From: Lama glama
Lineage: Eukaryota
Assembly: GCA_028534125.1 (NCBI GenBank)
Contig: CM052816.1
Span: 806,001 to 870,000, forward strand
Direction of reading: 5' to 3'
DNA length: 64,000 nucleotides
The stretch's first letter is position 1. Each line of letters begins with the position of its first letter. The translations under genes were made by a program, and so were the position numbers. Shown piece by piece: positions 39,901-49,759 of this stretch. The notes beneath the pieces were generated by a model. It saw only the letters and a program-made list of their open reading frames with translations, had not been told where the DNA came from and did no database searches.

Positions 39901-42900
39901 GTAGGTTCTTGTCTCATCCCAGAAAGAATCCACAGATGAGTTATGGAGGTCAAGAAAGCAAAGCCAGGATTTGTTCAGCGATAGTACACTCTCAAGGGGA
40001 GAGCAGGCAGACTCAGGTGAGTAGCTGCCCTGGGTTTCTTTGGCAAGCTGGTTATATGGGGTGTAAAAATGAGTGAGCAGAAAATTCACTGGGTAGGGAG
40101 GGGTTTGGGGTTGTATTTCCTGATTTTGTCCTTATTTATTTTTGACCAGAAGTGTTATGGCATCAGTGCATGATGGGTACTTTTCTTTTTTCTTCTTTCT
40201 TTTCTTTTTCAAAATCATTTTTATTTATTTATGTATGTATTTTATAATATCATATTTTAAAATTGAAGTATAGTTGATATATAATATTATGTTACAGGTA
40301 TACAATATAGTGATTAACAAGTTTTTAAAGGTTATACTCCATTTATAGTTACTATAAAATATTGCCTATATATCCCATGTTGTACAATACAGCCTTGTAG
40401 CTTATTTTATGCCTGATAATTTGTACCTCTTAATCCTCCACCTCCATCCTGCCCCTTCCCCTTCCCTCTCCCCACTGGTAACCACCCATTCCTTCTCCAC
40501 ATCTTCTTTCCTGTTACAGTCACTAGTTTGTTTTAGATTCCGCACGTAAGTTGTATCTTACAGTATTTGTCTTTCTCTGTCTGACTTACCTCACTTAGCA
40601 TAATGCCCTCCCAGTCCATCCATGCTGTATACCAGAAACTAATATAACATTTTAAATCAACTGTACTTCACTTTAAAAGCAAACAACCAACCAACTCATT
40701 TAAAATATGGGCAGAAGAACTGAACAGACATTTTTCCAAAAGAGGAAATGCAGACGGTCCACAGGAGCATGAGAAGTTGCTCCCTCCCGCCATCCTTCTC
40801 TCTCCCTCCTTCTCTCTCTCTCTCTCTCCCCCTGTCTCTGTCTCAGGGCAGCAGCAGCCATGACCTTCAGGGCTCACAGGTTTGAACTGACCACCAAACT
40901 CACCAGACCTAGTGGGCTGTATTTGTTTCCTGTAACTGCTGTAACAGGTGACCACAACTTGGTGGCTTGAAACAGCACGCCTTTATTCTCTCACAGTCCT
41001 GGTGGTCAGAAGTCCAAAATGCGTTCTGTTGGTGGATACGGTGGACTGGTACTAGGGCAGTGAAAGAATTTACCAAATACAAAGGGAAGTTTAAGAACAA
41101 AGGAAAGTTTCAGATATCATGCTACAAACAGCAGCGGGCCACATAGATGAGCAGGGCCTGGGTGAGGTATTAGGAGACTGGCTGAGAGAGGGTGAATGTG
41201 CGGGGTCTTTTATTGGGGGCTGGGGGCTGTGAACCAAGGCATAGGGGCTGTGTGATCAGTTCGCGCACAGGAGCCTGATTGGTTGTTAGTGAGGTAAGCG
41301 TTGTCAGGGGCTCCTCTGAATAATGGGATTTACGACTCCGATAAGGGCAGGATGCCTACGGCATAGTGAGACTAGCTACTTCTTGGGGCAGTTAGGTTTT
41401 TTAGGGTAGACACGCATCAGTGGAAGATGTTTTTTATCTCAAAGAAATGCAGGTATTCGAAGGGTCCTACAGTGAGGAGTGAGGGTTAAGGGTGCCAGTT
41501 CTCCAGGCACATGGAGAGCCCAGAAGTGAGGGTTTTATTTTATCTTATTTTTTAATTTAAGTATAGTCAGTTTACAATGTTGTGTCAATTTCTGTCGTAC
41601 AGCATAATGTTTCAGTCATACATACACGTATTCATTTTCATATTCTTTTTCGTTATAGGTTACTACAAGATATTGAATATAGTTTCCTGTGCTGTACAGT
41701 AGAAACTTGTTTATCAGTTTTGTATGTAGTAGTTAGTATCTGCACATGTTGAACTCCCAGTTTATCCCTTCCCGCCCTCTTCCCCCTCTGGTAATCGTAA
41801 GTTTGTTTTCTATGTCTGTGAGTCTGTTTCTGTTTTGTAAATAACTTCATTGGTCTTTTTTTTAGATTCCACATAAAAGTGATCTCATATGGTATTTTTC
41901 TTCCCTTTCTGGCTTACTTCACTTAGAATGACGATCTCCAGGTCCATCCTTCTATGGATTTCAGAGCGGCTTCCGAGAGCGCCATTCTGAGAGCAACAGC
42001 TGGCTCCACAGGTTTCACTGGGCTGAAACCAAGGTGCCAGCAGGGCTAGCTCCCTAAAGAGGCCCTAAGGGAGAATCTGTTTGCCTGCTTTTTCCAGCTT
42101 CTAGAGCTGCGTTTCTTGGCTGATGCTGCCTTCCTGCATCTTTCTCTGCTCCATCTCCACATCACCTTCTCTGACGGTCATAGACTCGCCCTCTGCCTCC
42201 CTTTTCTAAGGATACATTTAGCACCTGCCTAGACAATCAAGGGTAATCTCACCAGCTCAAGAGCCTTAATTTAATCTGCAAAACCCTTGTGACCATATAA
42301 GGTAACTTTCAGAGGTTCCGGGGTGGGGGGCGGGGGGGCTTTTTATTCAGCCTATCACACTGTGCTTCCTTAGCTGTGGTGAGGGAGACAGGACAGGTAG
42401 CCCAGCTTGCATGCCTTCCCCACCACCCAGGAGGCCCCGCAGCCACCCAAGGACACAGGCTCTCTGCCCTACCTCACATCCAGGGCAGGTGGAGCTGCAG
42501 CAGATCAGAGCCAAGGAGCGGGTGGGTCACCTTGACACAGAAACCAAACCATAACCTCAGTTCCCCCAACACCTGCATGCCCGTTCACAGCTGCCAGCAC
42601 CCCACAATGACCTTGACCTCAATGGTTTGCAAGGAAACAGCACCGCGAGAGAGATCCCAGTCATTTCCTAGGAGACCCACGCCAGCCCTTCACTCTGACC
42701 CCTCTGGCCTCCCATGACGGGTCTCTCCAGCCATCAGAAGAGAGCACCTCTTCCCTCAGCTTAGAAAAAGACAGCAAGCCCTGAGAGAATCTGGGCTGCC
42801 CTCTTTCTAGTGATGCCTTTGAATGCTATACTTGGCCTTGCCTGTTGCGACCCCTCTGAGGGACATCAGGCCAAAGTCAAGAGGGCTTTCTGGAGGAAGG

Positions 42901-45900
42901 GACACATGACTGCAACCCGAGGTATTAGGAGACTGGCTGAGAGAAGACAGGGGAGTGCTTAGGGCAGAAGAAACAGCAGGTGCAGAGGCCTGGGCAGAGT
43001 TTGGTGTGGTCACAAGTAACAAGGAAGCAATAAACAGAGAGCTGTTGAGTGTAGAGATATGTTCGACTCCTTCTTGAACATTTGAATATTCAACCATTGA
43101 GCACCTACTATGTGCCAGAAGCTGTGCTGGGGAAAGAGAACAATCCTATAGGAGTCCCTGCCCTTAGGGAGCTGACCTTGCAGAGGAGAGACAGCCCGTT
43201 AATAAGACAAACAAGCAAAGTGCATACTCTCTAGGAAGTGTAGTCAGTGCCCTTGAGAAAAATAACACAGAGAATGGAGTGCTGGAGGGTAAAAACTTCT
43301 GAGCAAAAACTGTTTTAAAAACTAGATAAGGGAGTAAGCCAGGGATATCACTGAGAAATGTGGGCTGAGCTTTCTAAGATATAGCATTTGTTTTTTGAGT
43401 TTTTTTAGTTTTATGTTTTATTGAAGTGTAGTTGATTTACAATGTTAGTTTCAGGTGTACAGCAAAGTGATTCAGTTATACATATACATATATATATATA
43501 CACACACACATATATTTTCAGATTCTTTTCTATTATAGCTTATTATACGAAATTGAACATAGTTCCCTGTGCTATGCAGTAGGTCCTTGATGTTTATCTG
43601 TTTTATATATAGCAGTGTGTATCTGTTAATCCCAAACTCCTAATTTATCCCTCCCCTCCTTTCTCCTTTGGTAACCACAGTTTGTTTTCTATGTCTGTGA
43701 GTCTGTTTCTGGTTTGTAAATAAAGTCTGTATCTTTTTGACTTCCACATATAAGTGATATCAAATGATATCTGTCTTTTCTCTGTCTGACCTAATATGAT
43801 GATCTCTAGGTCCATCCACATTGCTGCAAATGGCATTATTTCATTCTTTTTTATGGCTTAGTAGTATTCCATTGTGTATCCATTCATTTATTGGTGGACA
43901 TTTAGGTTGTTTCCATGTCTTGGCTATTTTAAATAGCAGCATTTGTTTTAGTAGCTTGAGTCAGGACTGGCTGCTAAATAGGTTCATCTCCAGCACCAAG
44001 TTGAATCGATGAGTTGGCGCTTTTGGAGACATGGTAGAGCGGCAGCATTTGGACTTAAAGAGAAAAGAGATCGACTAGCAATGTCTGCTGTGGGAGCAGG
44101 AGGGAGTAGGGAATGGAGTCAAGATGCCATTAGCTGGCAGCAATGGTTCAAGCTAAGAATGGTGGCCAACCTTTTTCAGGCATCTCTGGGAAATGAATAA
44201 TCCCACATAAATTAAGCCTCCAAACAACGAACTTTTAAAAAATCACATCCTTTTTAATTGTGGAATGGGAAACCAGACAAATCACACTTATTAGAGAGGA
44301 GTATAAAGTGTGGGTAAGTAGGCCCTGAGAGAGGGGCTGAGAAACTTTCTAGGAGTAACGTTCATAAACCTTAGTACCTAAACTTTGGCGTCAATGTGTG
44401 ACTGATTCTGTCTATATTTAAACTCTTCGGATGCACTTATTTTTTTTTAACTGAAATTCCCAGTTCTTGCTCTTGGTGATATTGAGTTCTTTGGATGAGT
44501 TTCCACTGCTGACCCCACCCAGCACGCGGACCGCCCCCAGGGCAGACCCTGGCCGGGCTTGTGAGCCTGAGATCTGTTTGTGTTTCCACAGGGACGCACT
44601 CCCTCATCTACCACTATCTGGCCCTATCAGAGCCAGGCCCCGGCCTCCCGCAGTTTCTGGCTGTAGGCTACGTGGACGACCAGCCCTTCATCCAGTATGA
44701 CAGTCGTGTGGGCCGGGCCGAGCCCCAGGCCCCTTGGGCGGCATCCATGGATGCCCAGTACTGGGAGAGGGAGACCAAGAAGCAGAGGATCTGGGCGGAG
44801 GTGCAGCAGGTGGAGATGTGGACGGTGATGGGCTACCACAATCAGAGCAGCGGTGCGTTGCGCAGGCTCCTTCCTCCTGCCCCCCATTCTTCCTTCACAC
44901 TCTGCACGCTCATCCTCCGGACAGCCGTGCCTGTCTGCTTGGGGACAGAGGCGACTCTGCGGAGCCCTTCAGAGGGTGTGGCACGCTGCGGATACGTGGC
45001 TCTTCTCAGTCTCCTTCCCCTACTACCAGGCGGGGGCCACGGGGCCTTCAGTATCAGCTGTGGCTTTAGCGGCCAGTGCAGCAGGCGTCCACGGGAGCTG
45101 GGGGCCCATGATGCCTCCCGCTCCCCCCATGCTTCCCCGTTGGCTACGCAGAGTTCAGGACCTCAGACTGGGAGGTGCTTTTCCCTACCTCTCCCCCCCC
45201 CCACTCTCCAGTCACACCGGCTTCCACCCCCAGGCCCTCAGATGCCATCTCAGGCTCCCCATTTCAGCAAGAGAGAGCTCACACCCACTGCCAGAGCTAC
45301 TGCTAATTCTAAATGAAATGCTTGTGGAACACAGCACCCTCCCGCTCTGTGCCTGGACACCCAAATGACCAGACTACAAGCCTCAGGTCCCCAGAGGCTT
45401 CAGAAAGAGTAGGTATGGAGGACCAAGACTGGGAAGGGCTGTGCGTCAGCCCAGCGCTCCCAGCATAAGCATCGCATGACTTAGGCTGACCACTGAGGAT
45501 ATTTTACCCCCCTAAGTAGTGTGGCATATAAAATCAGGATGTGTGTAATCATGAACTACAGTGTTCACCTCCCATGAGAGCCCCAGCAGGTGTCTCAACC
45601 CAGGCTGCTTACAAAAATTACCTGAGAGAATTTTTTTAAAATGCTGACACTCTGTTCCCCCCAGTCTTTGGAGGCCCCTGTGGGTGGTGGGCTTATCCCT
45701 GGCTCTCAGGGACTCAGCTCCCCCGGCCCCCCACTCACCTCAGCCTTCTTACCTGTACGCACAGGTATGCACAGCGCTCAGCGCATGTTCGGCTGTGAGA
45801 TCCAGGAAGACGGCCGCTTCAGCAGCTTCTGGCAGTTTGGCTATGATGGGCAGGACCATCTGTCGCTGGACCTGGAATCTCTGAGCTGGGTGTCTGCCGT

Positions 45901-47508
45901 GCCTGTGGCCGTGCGGACCAAGCGCTGGTGGGAGACAGAGCGCTGCTATGCCGAGTATGACAAGGCCTATCTGGAAGGCGTCTGCCTCCCCTACCTGCTC
46001 AGATACCTGGAACTGGGGGGCCAGAGATTCAGCAGGAGAGGTAAGGCCCAGCCTGTGGCCATGCAGGTTGGCCCCATGCTCCCATTCTCGAGAGCCATCC
46101 CATTTGACAGAGAAGCCTTTGGGGAGTGAGGAGGCAGGCTGTGTCCCCCCGGGTTCAGATAAGCCCACTGGGGCCCAGAAAGATGGCCAACTAGCCACGG
46201 CTCCTTCCTACAGAGCAGGAAGAAAACCCAGGCCTCAGGCCCTTACTCCGGGTGAGATGGAGTTGGGGGTTCTGGAGTCTCTCCTTTCCTAGTTTGTGTT
46301 GAGTTAAAAACTGGAAGATGCTGCAGGAGACCAAGACTGAGCATGAAGGATGGGCAGAGAGCAGCCACTGACCAGCCTTCGTCCCTCCCCTTCTTCCTGC
46401 AGAGCCACCGACAGTGCGGGTGACACGGCACTCGGCCCAGGACGGGGGCACCACACTGAGGTGCTGGGCCCTGGGCTTCTATCCACAAGACATCTCGCTG
46501 ACCTGGTGGCTGGATGAGAAGCAGCTCATCTCAAAGACTGAATATGTGGACATACGCCCCAGTGGGGACGGCACCTATCAGACGTGGGTGGCCGTGCAGG
46601 TGCCAGCCAGAGAGGAGAGCCGGTACACCTGCCATGTACAGCATTCCAGCCTGAACCACACACTGACTGGGTCCTGGGGTGAGGAGCTAGGCTTGGCCGG
46701 GAGCGGGTGAGGAGAGGCAAGAGAGGGTCCCAGGGCACCCAGGGGCAGTCCCATGGTCTGAGGGGGTGCCCCCTTTTCTCTGTCTTTCTTAGAACGGCCC
46801 TCCCATCATACGCACTTTGCCATAATCATCTCCCTCATCCTGGTCGTGCTGGTGGCTGGCGTGATCTTGATCAACTGCCTTTACGGTAGGGGGGGAAGAA
46901 AAAAAGGAGTGGGAGGGGCTCTGGCTGGTCCAGCCTTCTAGGGAAGAATGCTGTGCTCCCATCCCTGCTCCTCCTGGGGAGCAGCAACTACTGCTGAGGT
47001 CCTGCCCCCACCTTGGAAAAGCCCGAATATCCCCACCCTACAGCTGCACACCACCCTGAGGACCCTGCCGATGTCACAGTCAGGGGACACCACTGGACCT
47101 GACCTTGGAAAGGGCCCAGAGGTGGAGAGGGAGAGGGAAGGGGGACCCCAGAACCCCACCTCTACCCACCACCCACCTCGTCTCTTGTGTTCTTTTTCTC
47201 CACAGCCAGGAACAGGGAACATTACGAACAAGCCACAGGTGATTGTGGGATGGGCTGGCTGGGGAGAGGGAGCCCCAGGTGTTCCCAAGCATGACTGAGA
47301 TGCCTTAGAATTAAGGATGGCCATGAGGTCGGTGCTCTCCCTGGCCTCGGCTCCCTGCCCCATCCTTCCATCCTGGAGCAAGGCAGATGCTCCAGGTAGG
47401 GAGCATCCTGGGGTGCCACCACCTGGGTTTGGGGGAGGGCAAGGGAGCTGGCTGGGGTCACCTCTCTCCTTTCTCCCTGCAGGTGGAGAGGACCCCCATA
47501 ATTCCTAA
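33797..47508 (+). CDS. Nonclassical MHC class I-like heavy chain gene (candidate MHX lineage). CDS join: 33797-33932, [38733-38840], 44592-44852, 45765-46040, 46403-46678, 46793-46885, 47206-47238, 47483-47508; 402 aa with the bracketed exon, 366 aa without
   Basis: All junctions are GT-AG and phase 1, with no stops or frameshifts. Exon sizes 261/276/276/33 nt match class I architecture, and alpha1, alpha2, alpha3, TM and tail motifs are present. Confidence 0.9.
33881..33907 (+). repeat. (CTG)9 coding repeat, poly-Leu core of the signal peptide
   Basis: Nine consecutive in-frame CTG codons. Confidence 0.95.
35624..36268 (-). mobile_element. Solo ERV LTR, intronic in the MHC-I-like gene
   Basis: TG..CA termini; TTTATT at ~35710 (minus-strand polyA signal); a related partial copy lies at 39889-40182. 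Confidence 0.65.
36945..37605. mobile_element. L1 3' fragments in opposite orientations with a nested Vic-1-like SINE (37371-37495)
   Basis: Minus ORF 37130..37342 '[21 protein letters not shown]'; plus-strand L1 tail from ~37295; SINE flanked by AAAAGAATA. Confidence 0.75.
38733..38840 (+). CDS. Candidate extra exon of the MHC-I-like gene (36-aa segment between leader and alpha1)
   Basis: Acceptor ttctctttcctatctccccccttacAG, donor AAG|GTAAGA, 108 nt. Only the phase-1 frame is open ([36 protein letters not shown]); both other frames hit TGA. Confidence 0.65.
39889..40182 (-). mobile_element. Partial ERV LTR related to the 35624-36268 copy, followed by an antisense L1 tail
   Basis: Shares 'taggttcttgtctc..cagaaagaat..ggtcaagaaag..ctcaggtgagtagctgccctg' with the upstream LTR. 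Confidence 0.65.
40918..42359 (-). mobile_element. MLT1-like MaLR LTR interrupted by a younger LTR (~41027-41998), itself interrupted by an L1 tail (~41533-41950)
   Basis: MLT1-like ends 'tgtatttgtttcctgtaactgctgtaaca..cttggtggcttgaaacag' and '..ttattcagcctatcaca'; inner TGTTG..CAACA element. Confidence 0.65.
44592..44852 (+). CDS. MHC-I-like alpha1 exon
   Basis: ccac[59 protein letters not shown]|GTgcgt; N86-type glycan site. Confidence 0.97.
45765..46040 (+). CDS. MHC-I-like alpha2 exon
   Basis: [40 protein letters not shown]101/C164 pair; 276 nt; GTAAGG donor. Confidence 0.97.
46403..46678 (+). CDS. MHC-I-like alpha3 (C1-set Ig) exon
   Basis: [47 protein letters not shown]; 276 nt; GTGAGG donor. 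Confidence 0.97.
46793..46885 (+). CDS. MHC-I-like transmembrane exon
   Basis: Pyrimidine tract plus [40 protein letters not shown] donor. Confidence 0.88.
47206..47238 (+). CDS. MHC-I-like cytoplasmic exon (33 nt, YxxA motif)
   Basis: tctttttctccac[13 protein letters not shown]|GTgatt; same length and Tyr motif as classical class I exon 6 (YSQA). Confidence 0.8.
47483..47508 (+). CDS. MHC-I-like terminal coding exon
   Basis: ctctctcctttctccctgc[10 protein letters not shown] with TAA at 47506-47508. Confidence 0.72.
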
Positions 47509-49168
47509 AGCCCAGCAAAAGAGGGGCCACTTACCTCATCTGCTGACAGAAGTTCACCGTCAGAGATCAAGGAGACGTTTTGTAGGGTGTTTGGGGGCCT
47601 GAAGGCCCCCTGCACCAGTGATCTGACTGTGAAGGGCCCACCCCGCCCCCAAAACTGAGCCCTCCTCACCCCCATCAGCCCTGTTACAAGCAACCTTTGC
47701 CACAAAGATGGTTTTGCCATCTTCCTGAAGTCCTTTTAAAATTCTAATTATTTCCTGTTGGAGGATGCGGGGAAGAGGGCAGTAATGATTCCTCAGATGG
47801 GTTTACACTTGACAATTTGCAAAATGATTTCTTGTTGCTTGTAAATCCCATTTGAGCCTCTCAGGCACCCTGTGAGTCTGGCAACGTTACCCTCATCCCC
47901 ACTTCCCCAACGTAAAAACCAAGGGTCTGAGCCTTCAGGGAAGAACCACAACAATTGTCAGAGTTACGGGGGCCGGCAGCATCCATCTGCTTGCATCAGG
48001 AAGAACTGGCCAAATGCCCGCCTCTTTTATAAGTGTGTTCTTGTATGTATGTATGTATGTATGTATGTGTGATCCCCTCTTGTAAAGACTATAGAGTGTT
48101 GGGGGTATGGGGGGTGGGTGAGGGTGAGAGTGGGTGGGTATATGTGTATGTGAGGGTGAGCGGGTGTGTTAGGGTGGAGATGTGTGTGTGTGTTTGAGGG
48201 TGAGGGGATATGTTGTGTGTGGGTATCCTTGTGTCTGAGGAGAAGCTCAGAGGGTCAGGTGCCCAGAAGCCAGTTAGTTAGTCCCAGGCAGCTGGAGGAT
48301 GGGAAGCAACACAAGCCTTATTTTCCATTATTTCCTGTCCTTTCGAATGGTCTGAATTTTTACAATAAGTATACATTACGTTTACAGTGAGGGAAAGACC
48401 CATTTTCGCTGTGACCTGGGGGAATGCTTGTGGAGGGTGGGTCTGGAGAAGGCCCTGCCTCCCCTTCACATTTTCAGGGCAGCAGAAAGCTCTTGTCTCT
48501 TCTGTGAACAAGGATCTCCCTGGGACCACACACGTTTGTTGATTCCACCAGCAGTTTGAGTCTCATAGCCACGTGATGTGCTCCGGACTGGGACGCCAGA
48601 GCCCTGGCAGGTAGAGGGAACACTCCACGGTCATAAAGGACCCAAGGCCAGTCCCCTCCCAGGCCACCCTCTGCCTCCTCTTCAGCTGACCCAAAGATGT
48701 GACATGTCGCCTCCTATGGGGACTTTGGAAACCTCCATGTCTGCAGCCCTGGGAGGCCCTGAGCTCGAGGATGTGGACGGCTGTGATACTAGAAAAAGAT
48801 TTAGCCTGTCCTAACAGCCTGCAGGACCTCAGCAGTGAGCTCAGAATTATCCGAGTGTACTGAAGATGTGTCTTAAATGTCTGAATTTCTCAGTGATGTC
48901 AACATGTTCCACATATGCTGTCCTAACCCCTAGCAGGATTCTAAGCACTTTTTTATGTACTAAGCAGTTCAACCCTCACAGTACACCTGTGCGGGGGAAT
49001 GAATAATCCTGTTCTACAGGTGAGGAAACTGAGGCCCAGGGTCCCACAGCTGGTTCACACCGGAGCTGGGGTGTGAGGCCAGGCAGTCTGGCTGCCATCT
49101 GGGCACCTCACCACTGTATCAAAAGCCTCAGTGACAACCATGCTGCTGTGTAAATGGCCAAGTAAGTA

Positions 49169-49733
49169 CAGGTCTGCAATCCCTTATCTGCAATTCTGAA
49201 ATCAAAAAAAAAAAAAAAGCCTCCAAAAGCCAGAAGCTTCTTCCTAACTTTTTTTTTAGCAAAATCTGACCTGGGGGAGGGGACAGAAAAAAAAACCCGA
49301 AGTGAAGTGAGATTATTCATACTCTTTTTTTTAACTTTTTTTTATTGATTTATAATCATTTTACAATGTGTCAAATTCCAGTGTAGAGCACAATTTTTCA
49401 GTTATACATGAACACATATATATTCATTGTCACATGTTTTTCTCTGTGAGCTACCACAAGATCTTGTGTATATTTCCCTGTGCTGTGCAGTATAATCTTG
49501 TTTATCTGTTCTACAATTTTGAAATACCTGTCCATCCCTTCCTCTAGTGTGCCTTTTTACAATTTTCCATAGAAATACTGGTTTGGGGGATTATGGGGTG
49601 CCACCCCAGACCCCTCTGGTAGTGTTATGTAATATTCAGCATCCACACCTTGGTACCTTTCTAAAGTCCAAAGAATTTGAAATTCTGAAATATACCTGTC
49701 CCTAAGGGTTTCGGGTAAGGGACTGTGGACCTG
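49169..49733. mobile_element. Tigger-type MITE (MER46C-like) interrupted by an antisense L1 tail (~49325-49545)
   Basis: Inverted termini CAGGTCTGCAATCCCTTA / TAAGGGACTGTGGACCTG with TA on both sides. Confidence 0.75.
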
Positions 49734-49753
49734 TATTAATAAGGTTTTGGGGT

Positions 49754-49759
49754 AATAAA
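49754..49759 (+). terminator. Candidate polyadenylation signal of the MHC-I-like gene
   Basis: First AATAAA I found after the stop codon, followed by GT/T-rich sequence. Confidence 0.45.

Noticed and set aside
44561..45316. 251-aa ORF as a complete gene
   Set aside because: Only 44592-44852 is class I-like; the rest is read-through past the splice donor into intron.
44592..46678. Assignment to MR1, ZAG, HFE or classical class I
   Set aside because: No MR1 K43/R9, it has a TM segment (unlike ZAG), K146 is lost, and the neighbourhood (TRIM52, OR, V1R) does not match those loci as I recall them. A phylogeny is still needed.
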